From Vicinamibacteria bacterium (GTDB lineage: Bacteria; Acidobacteriota; Vicinamibacteria; Marinacidobacterales; Marinacidobacteraceae), in NCBI GenBank assembly GCA_963422395.1, contig OY729431.1, positions 2,784,001 through 2,848,000 of the forward strand: a stretch of DNA of 64,000 nt. Direction: 5' to 3'. Below are positions 46,947-56,812 of this stretch, in pieces. The notes under the pieces are model-generated. The model was not told the origin of the DNA, made no database searches, and worked only from the letters and a program-made list of their open reading frames with translations. How positions within the stretch are numbered: the first letter of the stretch is position 1; every line of letters begins with the position of its first letter. A program made the translations under genes and the position numbers.

Positions 46947-48854
46947 GTGCCTTCCCCCATGGACACCTCCGGGATGACCGCCGGGAAGCGGGCGGCGTTC
47001 GAGTTGGCGGAAGCGGCCCGCGAGACCGGGTGGAGATATCCGACCTTTGCGGGGGGGCTGTTTCTCGGCCGGCTGTCCACCGGGATGGTGCGGCCGTATC
47101 CCGACGCCGGCTCGGAGCCGGAGGGCGAGGCGTTCCTGAAGCGGCTCGAGCGATTTCTCCTGGAATCGGTGGATGCCGACGAGATCGACCAGACCGGGGA
47201 GATCCCCGACGAAGTGCTCGGTCGGCTCGCGGCGATGGGGGCGTTCGGGATCAAGATCCCCAAGAAGTACGGGGGGCTCGGTCTTTCACAGCGCACCTAT
47301 ACCCGCTCGGCGATCCTGCTCGGAAGCCACTGCGGCAGCCTCGCCTCGCTCCTCTCGGCACACCAATCGATCGGCATCGCCCAGCCCATCCTGATGTTCG
47401 GGACCGAGGCGCAGAAGCAGGAATTCCTGCCCCGGGTGGCGGCGGGCGACATCTCCGCCTTCGCCCTAACCGAGACCAGTGTCGGTTCCGACGCCGCTCG
47501 AATGCGGGCATCCGCCGAGCCCACTCCGGACGGCCGCGATTTCCTCCTGAACGGCGAGAAGCTCTGGTGCACGAACGGCACCAAGGCTCGCTGGCTGGTG
47601 GTGATGGCGCGCACCCCGGCGGAGAGCTCCGGGGGGCGCGAGGGGATCACCACCTTCATCGTGGACACCCGTTGGGCGGGAGTGGAGGTGGTTCGCCGCT
47701 GCCGCTTCATGGGGCTCAAGGCGCTCTACAACGGAGTGATGCGGTTCACCGGGGTGCGGATTCCCCGGGAGAATGTCCTCGGACCGGTGGGAAAGGGGCT
47801 GCGGGTCGCCCTGACCACTCTGAACACCGGGCGGCTCACCCTGCCCGGGATCTGCATCGGCACCGCGAAGCGGTCGCTCTACATGGCGAAGACCTGGGCG
47901 CGGGAGCGGGTCCAGTGGGGTGCTCCCATCGGGGAACACGCAGCGATCGCCGACAAGATCGGGAAGATGGCGGCCACCACCTTCGCCATGGATGCGATGT
48001 CCGACCTGACCTCGCTGCTCGTGGACATCGGGGGGGCCGACATCCGCATCGAGGCCGCGATCTCCAAGCTCTACGCGAGCGAGGCAGCGTGGTGGATCGC
48101 CGATGCAACGGTGCAGGTACTCGGCGGCCGGGGTTACGAAACCGCCGCCTCGCTCGGGGCCCGCGGCGAGCGCCCCTTTCCCGCGGAACGGACGCTCCGC
48201 GACAACCGGATCAACACGATTTTCGAGGGGTCGAGCGAAATCCTGCGCCTGTTCATCGCTCGCGAGGTGCTCGATCCCCACCTCCGCCGGGCCGGTGCCG
48301 TGCTGAATCCCTCGCTGCCGCTCGCACAGCGATTCGGTGCCGCGGTGCGCGGCGCCTTCTTCTATGTGCCCTGGTATCTCCGGCAGTGGCTCCCGGTGCG
48401 GGCTCCCCGAGGCGGCCGCGCCTTCGCCCGGCGCCACCTCGGCTTCGTGGCCAGAGACAGCCGCCGACTGGCCCGCAGCCTCTTCCACGCCATGCTCCGC
48501 TTCGGACCGGATCTCGAACGGCGGCAGGTGCTGCTCGCGCGCTTCGTGGACTACGGCGCCGAGCTGTACGCGCAGGTGGCGACCGTGGTGCGCGCCGAGG
48601 CGCTCCTCGCCCGCGGAGCCCGCGATGCGGATGTCCTGCCGCTGGTCGAGAACTTCTGCGCCGGTTCCCGCGCCCGGACCCGAGAGCTGCGGCGCGGGCT
48701 AGGACGCAACCTCGACCAGCAGACCTACGACCTCGCCCAGGAGGTCCTCAAGGACGGTTTCCCCACCCTGCTGGACGGCCGGGTCCCGAATCGCTACGAC
48801 CCGCCCGCAGAGCCGTCTCGAGAGGCAACACCCCAAAGCTCCCTCCTCGTTTGA
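46947..48854 (+). CDS. Acyl-CoA dehydrogenase (VLCAD/FadE-like)
   Basis: AFALTE..GSD, LNGEKLWCTNG, LNTGR, IFEGSSEILR. Confidence 0.92.
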   Translation: MPSPMDTSGMTAGKRAAFELAEAARETGWRYPTFAGGLFLGRLSTGMVRPYPDAGSEPEGEAFLKRLERFLLESVDADEIDQTGEIPDEVLGRLAAMGAFGIKIPKKYGGLGLSQRTYTRSAILLGSHCGSLASLLSAHQSIGIAQPILMFGTEAQKQEFLPRVAAGDISAFALTETSVGSDAARMRASAEPTPDGRDFLLNGEKLWCTNGTKARWLVVMARTPAESSGGREGITTFIVDTRWAGVEVVRRCRFMGLKALYNGVMRFTGVRIPRENVLGPVGKGLRVALTTLNTGRLTLPGICIGTAKRSLYMAKTWARERVQWGAPIGEHAAIADKIGKMAATTFAMDAMSDLTSLLVDIGGADIRIEAAISKLYASEAAWWIADATVQVLGGRGYETAASLGARGERPFPAERTLRDNRINTIFEGSSEILRLFIAREVLDPHLRRAGAVLNPSLPLAQRFGAAVRGAFFYVPWYLRQWLPVRAPRGGRAFARRHLGFVARDSRRLARSLFHAMLRFGPDLERRQVLLARFVDYGAELYAQVATVVRAEALLARGARDADVLPLVENFCAGSRARTRELRRGLGRNLDQQTYDLAQEVLKDGFPTLLDGRVPNRYDPPAEPSREATPQSSLLV

Positions 48855-49816
48855 GAGGTTTCCTGATCGCGTTCGCGGCGGGCGGGCTCGCGGCGGGGTG
48901 TTTCGGAAAGGCGCCCTTTCCGGCCCCCCGCCCGATCTGGCTCGATGTCGATCCGGCAGTCATGCGCGGCGGCCACGAACCCGACGATGGAGTGGCCATG
49001 GTCCAGGCGTTCCATTCACCCGAACTTCGAGTGGTCGGAGTGAGCACAGTGTTCGGAAACGCTCCGGTCGAGACCGGCCATGCGATCGCCCGGGAGATCG
49101 CCGCCCGCTTCGGACCGCCGGGGCTCGGTGTCCATCGGGGCGCCGCTGCCCCTGCGCCCGAACCGACGCCGGCTTCCCGAGCGCTCCTCGCGGCGCTCGC
49201 CGAGAGGCCCCTGACCGTGCTGGCGCTGGGCCCGGCGACGAACATCGCCGCCGCCCTCCGGGAGCGTCCCGATCTTGCCCGGCGCCTCGAGGCGGTGGTG
49301 TTGGTGATCGGTCGGCGGCCGGACAGGCCGCTCACCTTTCCGGGCAGTACCGCCCGGCTGCCCGATTTCAATTTCGAGATGGACCCGCAGGCAGCGGAGA
49401 TCGTGCTCCGGAGTGGAGCTCCCGTGGTCCTCGTCCCATTCGAACTCGCAGTGCAATTGCCCGTCGAGGACGAGGAGTGGGCTCGGCTTCGGAACACCGC
49501 CTTCGGTAACTACTTTCTCGAACCGATCGAGGACTACCTCGACTGGTTCAGCGAGCACACCGGCCGGCGCGCGACCTATCCCTTCGACTCTTTCGCGGTG
49601 TCGTGGCTCGCGGCCCCCGAACTCCTGCGCTGCGACCGCACCACGGTGGTCCTCCGGGAAGGACCCGCGGACACCGACCGGGGCAGCGGCGGGTCGAAGC
49701 CGTGGCTCGTCCGGGTCGAGACCGGCGCCGGTACGCCGGTCACCTGGTGCCACACGCCGGAGCCGGAGCTGAAGGACGAATTGCTCCGGCGTCTCGCTGG
49801 AGGCCGGGGCGCCTGA
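48851..49816 (+). CDS. Nucleoside hydrolase (IUNH family), putative lipoprotein
   Basis: TTGA overlap; lipobox LAAGC; DVDPA...DDGVA, VSTVFGN, LGPATNIA, DFNFEMDPQAA. Confidence 0.85.
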   Translation: MRGFLIAFAAGGLAAGCFGKAPFPAPRPIWLDVDPAVMRGGHEPDDGVAMVQAFHSPELRVVGVSTVFGNAPVETGHAIAREIAARFGPPGLGVHRGAAAPAPEPTPASRALLAALAERPLTVLALGPATNIAAALRERPDLARRLEAVVLVIGRRPDRPLTFPGSTARLPDFNFEMDPQAAEIVLRSGAPVVLVPFELAVQLPVEDEEWARLRNTAFGNYFLEPIEDYLDWFSEHTGRRATYPFDSFAVSWLAAPELLRCDRTTVVLREGPADTDRGSGGSKPWLVRVETGAGTPVTWCHTPEPELKDELLRRLAGGRGA

Positions 49817-49839
49817 CCGCAGTCGAAACGGCTGCTAGC

Positions 49840-50225
49840 TGTGACCTTGCGGTAGGTTGTTCACGCGAACCCGATGCCCGGAACTCATGGGCATCCACAA
49901 CCCCTCAGCACGAGGAGCAGCCCGCATGAACATCCACGAGTCGGCCAAACTGACCCCGCTCGGTCGAGAGATCCTGGTTCGCCGCATCACCGAGGAAGGC
50001 CTCCGCGTCGAGGCGGCGGCCCAGGCCTCGGGAGTGAGCGTGCGCACTGCATACAAGTGGCTCGCCCGCTGGCGCGAGGAGGGCCTGCCGGGCCTCGGGG
50101 ACCGCTCCTCGCGCCCGCATCGCTGCCCCCACCGCACCAGCGAGGCGCGGCGCACCCGAGTCGTCGAACTGCGGCGCGAGCGCCGCACCTACCACGACAT
50201 CAGCCAGCAGCTCGGCATCTGCTAA
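49840..50225 (+). mobile_element. Truncated IS481-family element (left end only)
   Basis: Left end TGTGACCTTGCGGTAGGTTGTTCAC directly after GCTAGC (NCTAGN target); no right end. Confidence 0.85.
49926..50225 (+). pseudogene. IS481 transposase N-terminal fragment (no DDE domain)
   Basis: MNIHESAKLTPLGR...GVSVRTAYKWLARWREEG..GLGDRSSRPH; stops after 99 aa. Confidence 0.88.
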
Positions 50226-50245
50226 TCTTTCTGGTCCGGCTGGGA

Positions 50246-50322
50246 GCGCCTGTAGCTCAGTGGATTAGAGCGCTTGCCTCCGGAGCAAGAAGTCAGAGGT
50301 TCGAATCCTCTCAGGCGTACCA
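50246..50322 (+). tRNA. tRNA-Arg (CCG)
   Basis: GCGCCTGTAGCTCAG...CTTGC CTCCGGA GCAAG...CAGGCGTACCA. Confidence 0.95.
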
Positions 50323-50362
50323 GTCCGTGGATGAAGCGGCGTCTTCGTCCACGGGCTGGTAC
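50317..50362. repeat. 20-bp inverted repeat made of two MITE-like termini
   Basis: GTACCAGTCCGTGGATGAAG-CGGCGT-CTTCGTCCACGGGCTGGTAC. Confidence 0.8.
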
Positions 50363-50388
50363 CAGCGGGTCCGACACTTCCGCCGGGT

Positions 50389-50465
<77 letters not shown>

Positions 50466-50514
50466 CTCGACTTCCTCGAAAAGAGGAAAGACCTGAAAAC
50501 GCACGGCGTCCCTG

Positions 50515-51870
50515 ATGGAACCGGGAAGCCCTACGGATTCTCCCCTTGCGGAAGGAGGGTGCCCCCCCATCCGCCGCCGCATCCTGATCCGCGCCCCCGA
50601 GATCCGGATCAAGGGCCGGAACCGGGCGACCTTCCGGGAGGCTCTGAAGCGCAACCTGCGCCGACAGCTGCGCGGGGTCGGCCTCGACTGGCATGCAAGC
50701 TCCACCGGGGACCGGATCTGGATCGAGGTTCCCGAGAACGCCTCGGACGAGCTGGATCGGGCGCTCGAAGCCGCTTCCAGAGTCTTCGGGGTCGAACTGG
50801 CGCTGCCGGCCCTCGCCCTGCCCCACTCCGTTGCCGGAGAACCGGTGCCGACGGACCGCCTGCTGGAGCAGACGACTTCGCTCTGCTGCCGACTCGCCGC
50901 CGCCGCCGTCATACCGGGCGCCGGATTCGCTCTCCGGGTACGGCGGCGGCACAAGGGCCTCCCATTTCGGTCGCAGACCGTCGCCGAAGTGGTGGGGCGG
51001 GCCATCCTCGACCGGACGCCGTGGGAACGGGTGGACCTCTCGAACCCGGCCTTCACGATCTTCATCGAACCGCATGAGGAAGCGGTCTTCGTCTGGACCC
51101 GCCGCATCCGGGGGCCGGGCGGGCTCCCGGTCGGAGTTGCCGGACGGCTCGTAGCGCTCCTGTCCGGGGGGTTCGACTCGCCGGTGGCGGCCTGGATGAT
51201 GGCGGGCCGGGGGGCGTCGCTGGACTTCGTTCACATCGCCCCCTCACGGGTGGATCCCGAGGAGCCCGCGACGAGCAAGGCGGTGCAGCTCGTACGGGAG
51301 CTCTCCCGCTACACCGGCCCGGCGCGGCTGGTGCTCGTGCCCTCCGCCCACTTCGATCTGCGCCTGACCGGGAGCCGTACCGGCTATGAAGCGCTCCTCT
51401 TCCGCCGTTTCGCCTTCCGTTGCGCGGAGGTCGTGGCCCACCGCTTCGGGGCCGGCGCGCTCACCACCGGAGACAGCCTTTCCCAGGTCGCTTCGCAGAC
51501 GCTCGAAAACCTGATCAGCGTGGACGCCGCCGTTTCACTGCCCGTCTTCCGCCCACTCATCGGAATCGACAAGATCACCATCATGAACCGCGCCCGGCAG
51601 ATCGGGACCTGGGGGATCTCGGCGATTCCCGCCAAGGACTGCTGCGCGCTGATCGCCAGAGCACCCCGCACCAGGTCCGAGCCCGGAAGGGTCTCCGCTT
51701 CGGAGTTCCGTCTGATTCCCGACCCCGCCGAGCTCATCCGGTCGTCACTCGGGGAATCGCTGGTGGGCTCGTTCGACGGGGGAAAGGAAACGGAGCCCTT
51801 CCGTCCTGCCGGCGACCGGTTCGCGCCGGCGAAAGCCCGGCGAGCGCCGCCCGCAGAACCCGAACCGTGA
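50515..51870 (+). CDS. thiI: tRNA 4-thiouridine synthase ThiI-like (THUMP + PP-loop, no rhodanese)
   Basis: EIRIKGRNR, GPGGLPVG, LLSGGFDSPVA, TGDSLSQVASQT, FRPLIG, DCC. Confidence 0.88.
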   Translation: MEPGSPTDSPLAEGGCPPIRRRILIRAPEIRIKGRNRATFREALKRNLRRQLRGVGLDWHASSTGDRIWIEVPENASDELDRALEAASRVFGVELALPALALPHSVAGEPVPTDRLLEQTTSLCCRLAAAAVIPGAGFALRVRRRHKGLPFRSQTVAEVVGRAILDRTPWERVDLSNPAFTIFIEPHEEAVFVWTRRIRGPGGLPVGVAGRLVALLSGGFDSPVAAWMMAGRGASLDFVHIAPSRVDPEEPATSKAVQLVRELSRYTGPARLVLVPSAHFDLRLTGSRTGYEALLFRRFAFRCAEVVAHRFGAGALTTGDSLSQVASQTLENLISVDAAVSLPVFRPLIGIDKITIMNRARQIGTWGISAIPAKDCCALIARAPRTRSEPGRVSASEFRLIPDPAELIRSSLGESLVGSFDGGKETEPFRPAGDRFAPAKARRAPPAEPEP

Positions 51871-52060
51871 CCGCGGCGCCGAGGAGGATGGAAGACCGGC
51901 AACCCCTCCGGTTCCCTGACTACCTGCTCTCACCCCGCAGACCGCCGCTCGATCTTCGGTCGTTCCGGATTCTCCCGACGCTCTCCCGTGCCGCGCGGCG
52001 CAGGTACAATCGCCGAGCGGGCTCCGGCTACCGTTTCTGGGGCGCGCATGCGGAGGCATC

Positions 52061-52657
52061 ATGAAGCTCCTCCTCGGGATGGCCCGGCGTCGCACGCCCA
52101 CCCCACCGGGAGAAGTGGCCCGCTCTTGGGGCTCGCCCCACTTCATCCACGGACTGTTAGCAGTCGGCCTTTTCGTTTCGTCCGGCGTTTCGGCGGGTGC
52201 CGGGGAACAGCCAGCGCCCCGACGCCCGCCAGAGCCGTTTCGGGTCTTCGTCCAGGCGAGCGACCCGGAGGACGCCGAACTCAAGAGCCAGCTCGAAAAG
52301 GCGGTTCCGGCGATCCGGGAGCGTGTCCAGCGGCGGCGTAACTGGTTCGAACTCGCCCCATCCGCAGAGGCTGCAGATATCGCACTGCGGGTCACCAACT
52401 ATCGGACGGCGCAGGTGATGCATCCGAAGCTCGAACGACAGATCCTCAACGGCAGGGTCACCATGGTCGAGCGCAGCGAAGTGCTCGAGTTCCACTATGT
52501 GGACGCGGTGGCCGTCGTCGGGTCGGTTCGAGAAACCCTGACCGGGCTGGACGAGCGCGACACCGGGCCCAGCCTTCGCAATGCCGCCAGTCACCTGGCA
52601 GAGGAATTGGAACGGTTTTGCAAGGACAACTACACAGCACTCACCGATCCGCAGTGA
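52061..52657 (+). CDS. Hypothetical exported protein with a MITE-like segment in its 5' coding region
   Basis: SD GGAGG + ATG; hydrophobic LLAVGLFVSSGVSAGAG; GTGA overlap with the next gene. Confidence 0.7.
   Translation: MKLLLGMARRRTPTPPGEVARSWGSPHFIHGLLAVGLFVSSGVSAGAGEQPAPRRPPEPFRVFVQASDPEDAELKSQLEKAVPAIRERVQRRRNWFELAPSAEAADIALRVTNYRTAQVMHPKLERQILNGRVTMVERSEVLEFHYVDAVAVVGSVRETLTGLDERDTGPSLRNAASHLAEELERFCKDNYTALTDPQ
52101..52160 (+). repeat. MITE-family end remnant
   Basis: CCCCACCGGGAGAAGTGG...CTTGGGGCTCGCCCCACTTCATCCACGGACTGTTAG. Confidence 0.65.
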
Positions 52658-54189
52658 GGAAAGATCGGCCCGGCGCCGCCTCACGACGACTCGCGGCAAT
52701 CGGCATCCTGGGGATGCTGGCGGCTCTCGGGGCGGGCAGCGCGGGCTGCGGCGGCGGGGAGAGTCGGCGCGCCCGGAATGTGATCCTGCTCATCGGCGAC
52801 GGGTTCGGAATGAATCAGTTCGCCCTCGGGCTCGCCTACGCCGCCGAGGTTCGCGGCCGCGAGCTGCGGATGACAGAGCTGGCAGCCGCGGGACACGCGG
52901 GCTTCGCCATCCCCTTCTCCTACGGCCGGATCGTGACCGATTCGGCCGCGGCCGCGACCCAGATGGCCACCGGACACCGGGTGCTCACCGAGACTCTCAG
53001 CGTGGACCCCGAGACCGGTGAACCGATTCCGACCATCCTCGAATGGGCCGAGGAACGCGGGCTCGCCACCGGCCTGGTCTCGAACATGCGCCTGACCCAC
53101 GCGACTCCGGCAGCCTTCGCGGTCCACGCGAAGTCGCGCTATGTCCCCGAGTCCGAAATCGCCGACCAGCTCTTCGGCGAGACGGAGATCGAAGTGCTGC
53201 TGGGAGGCGGCGGGCGGGCGATGGTGCCCGCGGGCTCGAAGCTCGGAGAGTCGGCCCCGAGCGTCCCGGCCGGCACCGACGGCCCCTCGAACCGCGCAGA
53301 CGACCGGAACCTCATCGCGGAGGCGCGAGAGCGGGGGTTCACCATCGTGGGAGACCGCGCCGGCCTCCTGGCGGCGCGCGGGGCGGAACGCCTCCTCGGG
53401 ATCTTCGCGGCGAGCCACCTTCCCTATGTGCTCGACCGGTCGTGGGAAGGGCTCGACGACGCGTTACCGACCCTCGCCGAACTCACCGAGGCGGCGATCG
53501 ACTCGCTGGCCCCGGACGACGCCGGTTTCTTCCTCGTCGTGGAGGGAGGACGGATCGATTACGCCGGCCACGACAACGACGCCGGCGCGCTGCTCGCCGA
53601 GATCCTCGACTTCGATGCGGCGGTCGGCGCGGCGTTCGACTTCGCCCGCGGACGGGACGACACGCTGGTCCTCGTGACCGCCGATCACGGCACCGGCGGA
53701 TTCTCCTTCACTTACACCGCCGGCGGGCCGGGTCCGTTGCCTGCCGCGGTGGCCTGGGACTACGCCGCCGGCAGCGAGATGCCGGGAACGCGGCATCTGG
53801 AGATGCTCATCCGCCAGCGGCGTTCGCTGATCGAGACACTCTCGGAGCTGGCCCTGCCGACCGCTGCGCCAGCGGTGCGGAAGGCCATCGAAGACGCCAC
53901 CGGCGTTCGGCTTTCCGAGGCGGACGCCCTCGACCTCGCCGGCCAGTTGAACGAGGATTCCCTCGCTCCCCGGGATTTCTCTGCCTTCTACCTCGACCGG
54001 ACTTCAATCCCGGCGGCGCTCGCCGCCCGCAAGCTGGCGAAACACACGCAGGTGGTCTGGTCCACCGGCGGACACACTTCGGAACCGGTGCCTCTTCTCG
54101 GTTTCGGCCCCGGCGCCAGCGCGGTCCTGGGAATCGGCGTGAACACCCGGGTCCACCAGATCCTCCGGGACGCTCTCGGCCCGAACTGA
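52654..54189 (+). CDS. Alkaline phosphatase (PhoA family), putative lipoprotein
   Basis: NVILLIGDG, TDSAAAAT, THATPAAF, VEGGRIDYAGH, TADH, GHT. Confidence 0.92.
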   Translation: MRKDRPGAASRRLAAIGILGMLAALGAGSAGCGGGESRRARNVILLIGDGFGMNQFALGLAYAAEVRGRELRMTELAAAGHAGFAIPFSYGRIVTDSAAAATQMATGHRVLTETLSVDPETGEPIPTILEWAEERGLATGLVSNMRLTHATPAAFAVHAKSRYVPESEIADQLFGETEIEVLLGGGGRAMVPAGSKLGESAPSVPAGTDGPSNRADDRNLIAEARERGFTIVGDRAGLLAARGAERLLGIFAASHLPYVLDRSWEGLDDALPTLAELTEAAIDSLAPDDAGFFLVVEGGRIDYAGHDNDAGALLAEILDFDAAVGAAFDFARGRDDTLVLVTADHGTGGFSFTYTAGGPGPLPAAVAWDYAAGSEMPGTRHLEMLIRQRRSLIETLSELALPTAAPAVRKAIEDATGVRLSEADALDLAGQLNEDSLAPRDFSAFYLDRTSIPAALAARKLAKHTQVVWSTGGHTSEPVPLLGFGPGASAVLGIGVNTRVHQILRDALGPN

Positions 54190-54242
54190 ACCGAAAAGTC
54201 GAGCACCCTCACCGGGCTCTTCCGGCGGCGGACGACCGACGA

Positions 54243-55676
54243 TCAAGCGGCCGGGAGTTCCCGCGGCGTGCGGGTCGCGGTCACGAACGCCAGCAGCAGA
54301 CCGATGAGGAACACGCTTGCCCCGAGGGTCAGCAGATGCTGGAACGAGACGCTGAAGATTCCGATGACGATGGCGCACCCGACGACGGCATCTCGGGTGG
54401 TCGACGGCGGCGCGGTCCAATGCAATCGAATCAGGGACAGGAGAAACACCAGATAGCAGACGAACGGGACCGGGCCGGCCTCGCCGAGCAGGAGAAGGAA
54501 CAGATTGTGGACTCCCGACGGACTGCCGTCGTGAATGCGTGGAGCGCCTTCCAGGTAGGTGTGCGTACCGATCCCGTTTCCGACCAGGGGGGATTCCAGG
54601 AATTGGTCGATGCTCATTCTCCACAGGCGCCAACGCAGCGGCAGGGAGGATTCGGTCGTGCTCTCACCTCTCGAATCCGCCAGCCTGTTTCGCAATCCTT
54701 CGAGTTCTCCCGAGGAAGCCGGCGTCGGCTCCTGATCTTCGTTCGCGCTCGAGGCCTGGAGCGAATCCGCCTCTGGCTCGACCTCTTCGGCTGGTCCGGT
54801 CCCCTCCATGCCGGAGCCCAGCAGAGCGAGACGCAGGACCATCACGATCAGGCAGGGAACGACGAGCCAGAGCGGCTTGCGGCTCGGGCGTCTTCCGGAA
54901 CCGTTCCGCAGGAGCAGGACCCGGAACGAGAACAGAAGGAGAATCGCCGCACAAACCAAGGCTCCCGTAGTGGACAACGAGGTCATGGCCGCAGCGCACC
55001 CCAGGGCCACTCCCGCGTAGGCTCGTCGGGGGGCACCGCCGCGGTAGAGGAACGCGAGACCGAACACCACGGCGACGCACCCGATGAATCCCGCATCGTT
55101 GGCGTCGGTGAAGGCCCCCGTCAGGCGGTCGGGCAATCGGTAGAACGGCAGCACCTCGATATCGCGCAGCGGCGTCGACGCCAACACGAGGAGGCAACTC
55201 GCGACCAGGGTCGCGAGCACCCCCTTCGAGAGCGCATCAATCCCGATTCGCTGCGAGATGGCGCGCCCGCCGAGCATGACGGCCAGCAGCACGATGAAGA
55301 AGAAGACCTGGCGCGCGATCTCCCGAGTCGTGTCCGCCTGCCATGCGGTATCGGAGAGGAAGAGGGCGGCCGTCCCGAAGACCAGATAGGACACGCACGC
55401 GGCGACGATCCACACTGCCGGCGAAGCGCAGAAGGTCTCCCGCCATCGGTCGCGGAGAACCAGCAAGAGCAGGCCGCAGCCGACGAGCACGATGGAAAGA
55501 CCGACGCTCCGTACCAGCGGCGCTCCCCACAGGTACAGATACTGGAGATTCACCAGCAGGATGGCCGCCGGGATCCAGAATCCGAAAGCGATGAGCCGGG
55601 AACGGGAGAACCGCCCGAAGGCCAGGGCATCCCGCAGCCGCGAAGCGAAGAACGAAATCAGATGGCTGCTCCTCAC
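54243..55676 (-). CDS. O-antigen ligase/polymerase (Wzy_C) family membrane protein
   Basis: RLTGAFTDAN, RWRLW...PLVGNGIG, HNLFLLLLGEAG; GTGA overlap with the upstream GT4. Confidence 0.85.
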   Translation of the reverse strand: MRSSHLISFFASRLRDALAFGRFSRSRLIAFGFWIPAAILLVNLQYLYLWGAPLVRSVGLSIVLVGCGLLLLVLRDRWRETFCASPAVWIVAACVSYLVFGTAALFLSDTAWQADTTREIARQVFFFIVLLAVMLGGRAISQRIGIDALSKGVLATLVASCLLVLASTPLRDIEVLPFYRLPDRLTGAFTDANDAGFIGCVAVVFGLAFLYRGGAPRRAYAGVALGCAAAMTSLSTTGALVCAAILLLFSFRVLLLRNGSGRRPSRKPLWLVVPCLIVMVLRLALLGSGMEGTGPAEEVEPEADSLQASSANEDQEPTPASSGELEGLRNRLADSRGESTTESSLPLRWRLWRMSIDQFLESPLVGNGIGTHTYLEGAPRIHDGSPSGVHNLFLLLLGEAGPVPFVCYLVFLLSLIRLHWTAPPSTTRDAVVGCAIVIGIFSVSFQHLLTLGASVFLIGLLLAFVTATRTPRELPAA

Positions 55677-56812
55677 CGGCCCGCTGTTTCGCCTGCGGCG
55701 GCCGGCGATTCCTCGAAGCCCATCTTCCGGCTCCGGCACACGCTGCGCAGCTCGGAGGCCATGCGGCCGTACCAATAGGGGCTTCGGAACTGCTCGCCCT
55801 GCCGTTTCGCCCCGGAACAGAGCCGTCGGTAAAGCTCCGAATCTTCCCGCAAACGCTCGATCGCGGAGCGGAGCGCCGCGGCGGAGCGGGGTTCCACGAT
55901 CAGGCCGTTCTCCTCGTGCTCCACGAGCTCGGGGATGATCCGCGCACGGGCCGCGACGACGGGGAGGCCGCACTGGAAGGCTTCGAGGACGACGGTCGGG
56001 TACCCTTCCCCCTCGCAGTAGCTGGGGAAGAGCAACAGGTCGTGCTCACGCAGGATGCGCGGAATCTCTTCGGGCGGCAGGGGGCCCCCGTAGCTGGCCC
56101 GCGGATGACCTTCGAACAGCGACAGGTCGGTTTCTGGCAGGTACGGCCCGAAGACCTGGAAGTGGCAATCCTCGGGCAGACCGCGGCACGCTTCGAGCGC
56201 CTCGGCCCATCCCTTGTCCTTCATCAGCCGGCCCAGAAAGACCAGCCGGGCCGGCGCCCCGCGCCGGATGCGGACCGGCCCCTGGATGTTCCTCGTGTTC
56301 GGGAACCAGCGGAAGTTGGTCCTGGCGGCGAAATGGCGCTGCAGCCAACGGGATTCGACATATACGAGTGCGGAGCGCAGCCAGGTCGAGCGGGCGAAGC
56401 TGCGGGCCAGGAAGCTGTAGCGGCGGTACACCAGGTCCAGGTCGGACCCGGTGAACCGCAACGCCAGCGGCCGGCGAGCCGCCTTGGCGAGAAGCCAGAT
56501 CGACGAGGCGAGGATGTTCGCCGCATAGGGCGCCAGAACGAGCGCTACCAGGTCGGCGTGCCGAATTCTCCGGGCCGTCTCGAAGAGCACTCGCAGAAGC
56601 CTCGCCAAGCGGACGGCCTGCCGTTTCCAGGGCGACAGGTTCGTGACGGACGCCCGATTGTCGAGAACATCGATTTCGAAGCCCTGGGCGCGGAGCTCGA
56701 CGAGCATTTCCGAAGCGAGCACCTTGGTTCCGCCGATCACATCGGTCGTGGACTCTCTCCCCGGCAGCGGGGCGATGAACAGAATCCTCGGCGGTGGACG
56801 CTTGGTGCTCAT
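55673..56812 (-). CDS. Glycosyltransferase family 4
   Basis: FLGRLMKDKG, EGYPTVVLEA, ELVEHEENG. Confidence 0.9.
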   Translation of the reverse strand: MSTKRPPPRILFIAPLPGRESTTDVIGGTKVLASEMLVELRAQGFEIDVLDNRASVTNLSPWKRQAVRLARLLRVLFETARRIRHADLVALVLAPYAANILASSIWLLAKAARRPLALRFTGSDLDLVYRRYSFLARSFARSTWLRSALVYVESRWLQRHFAARTNFRWFPNTRNIQGPVRIRRGAPARLVFLGRLMKDKGWAEALEACRGLPEDCHFQVFGPYLPETDLSLFEGHPRASYGGPLPPEEIPRILREHDLLLFPSYCEGEGYPTVVLEAFQCGLPVVAARARIIPELVEHEENGLIVEPRSAAALRSAIERLREDSELYRRLCSGAKRQGEQFRSPYWYGRMASELRSVCRSRKMGFEESPAAAGETAGR

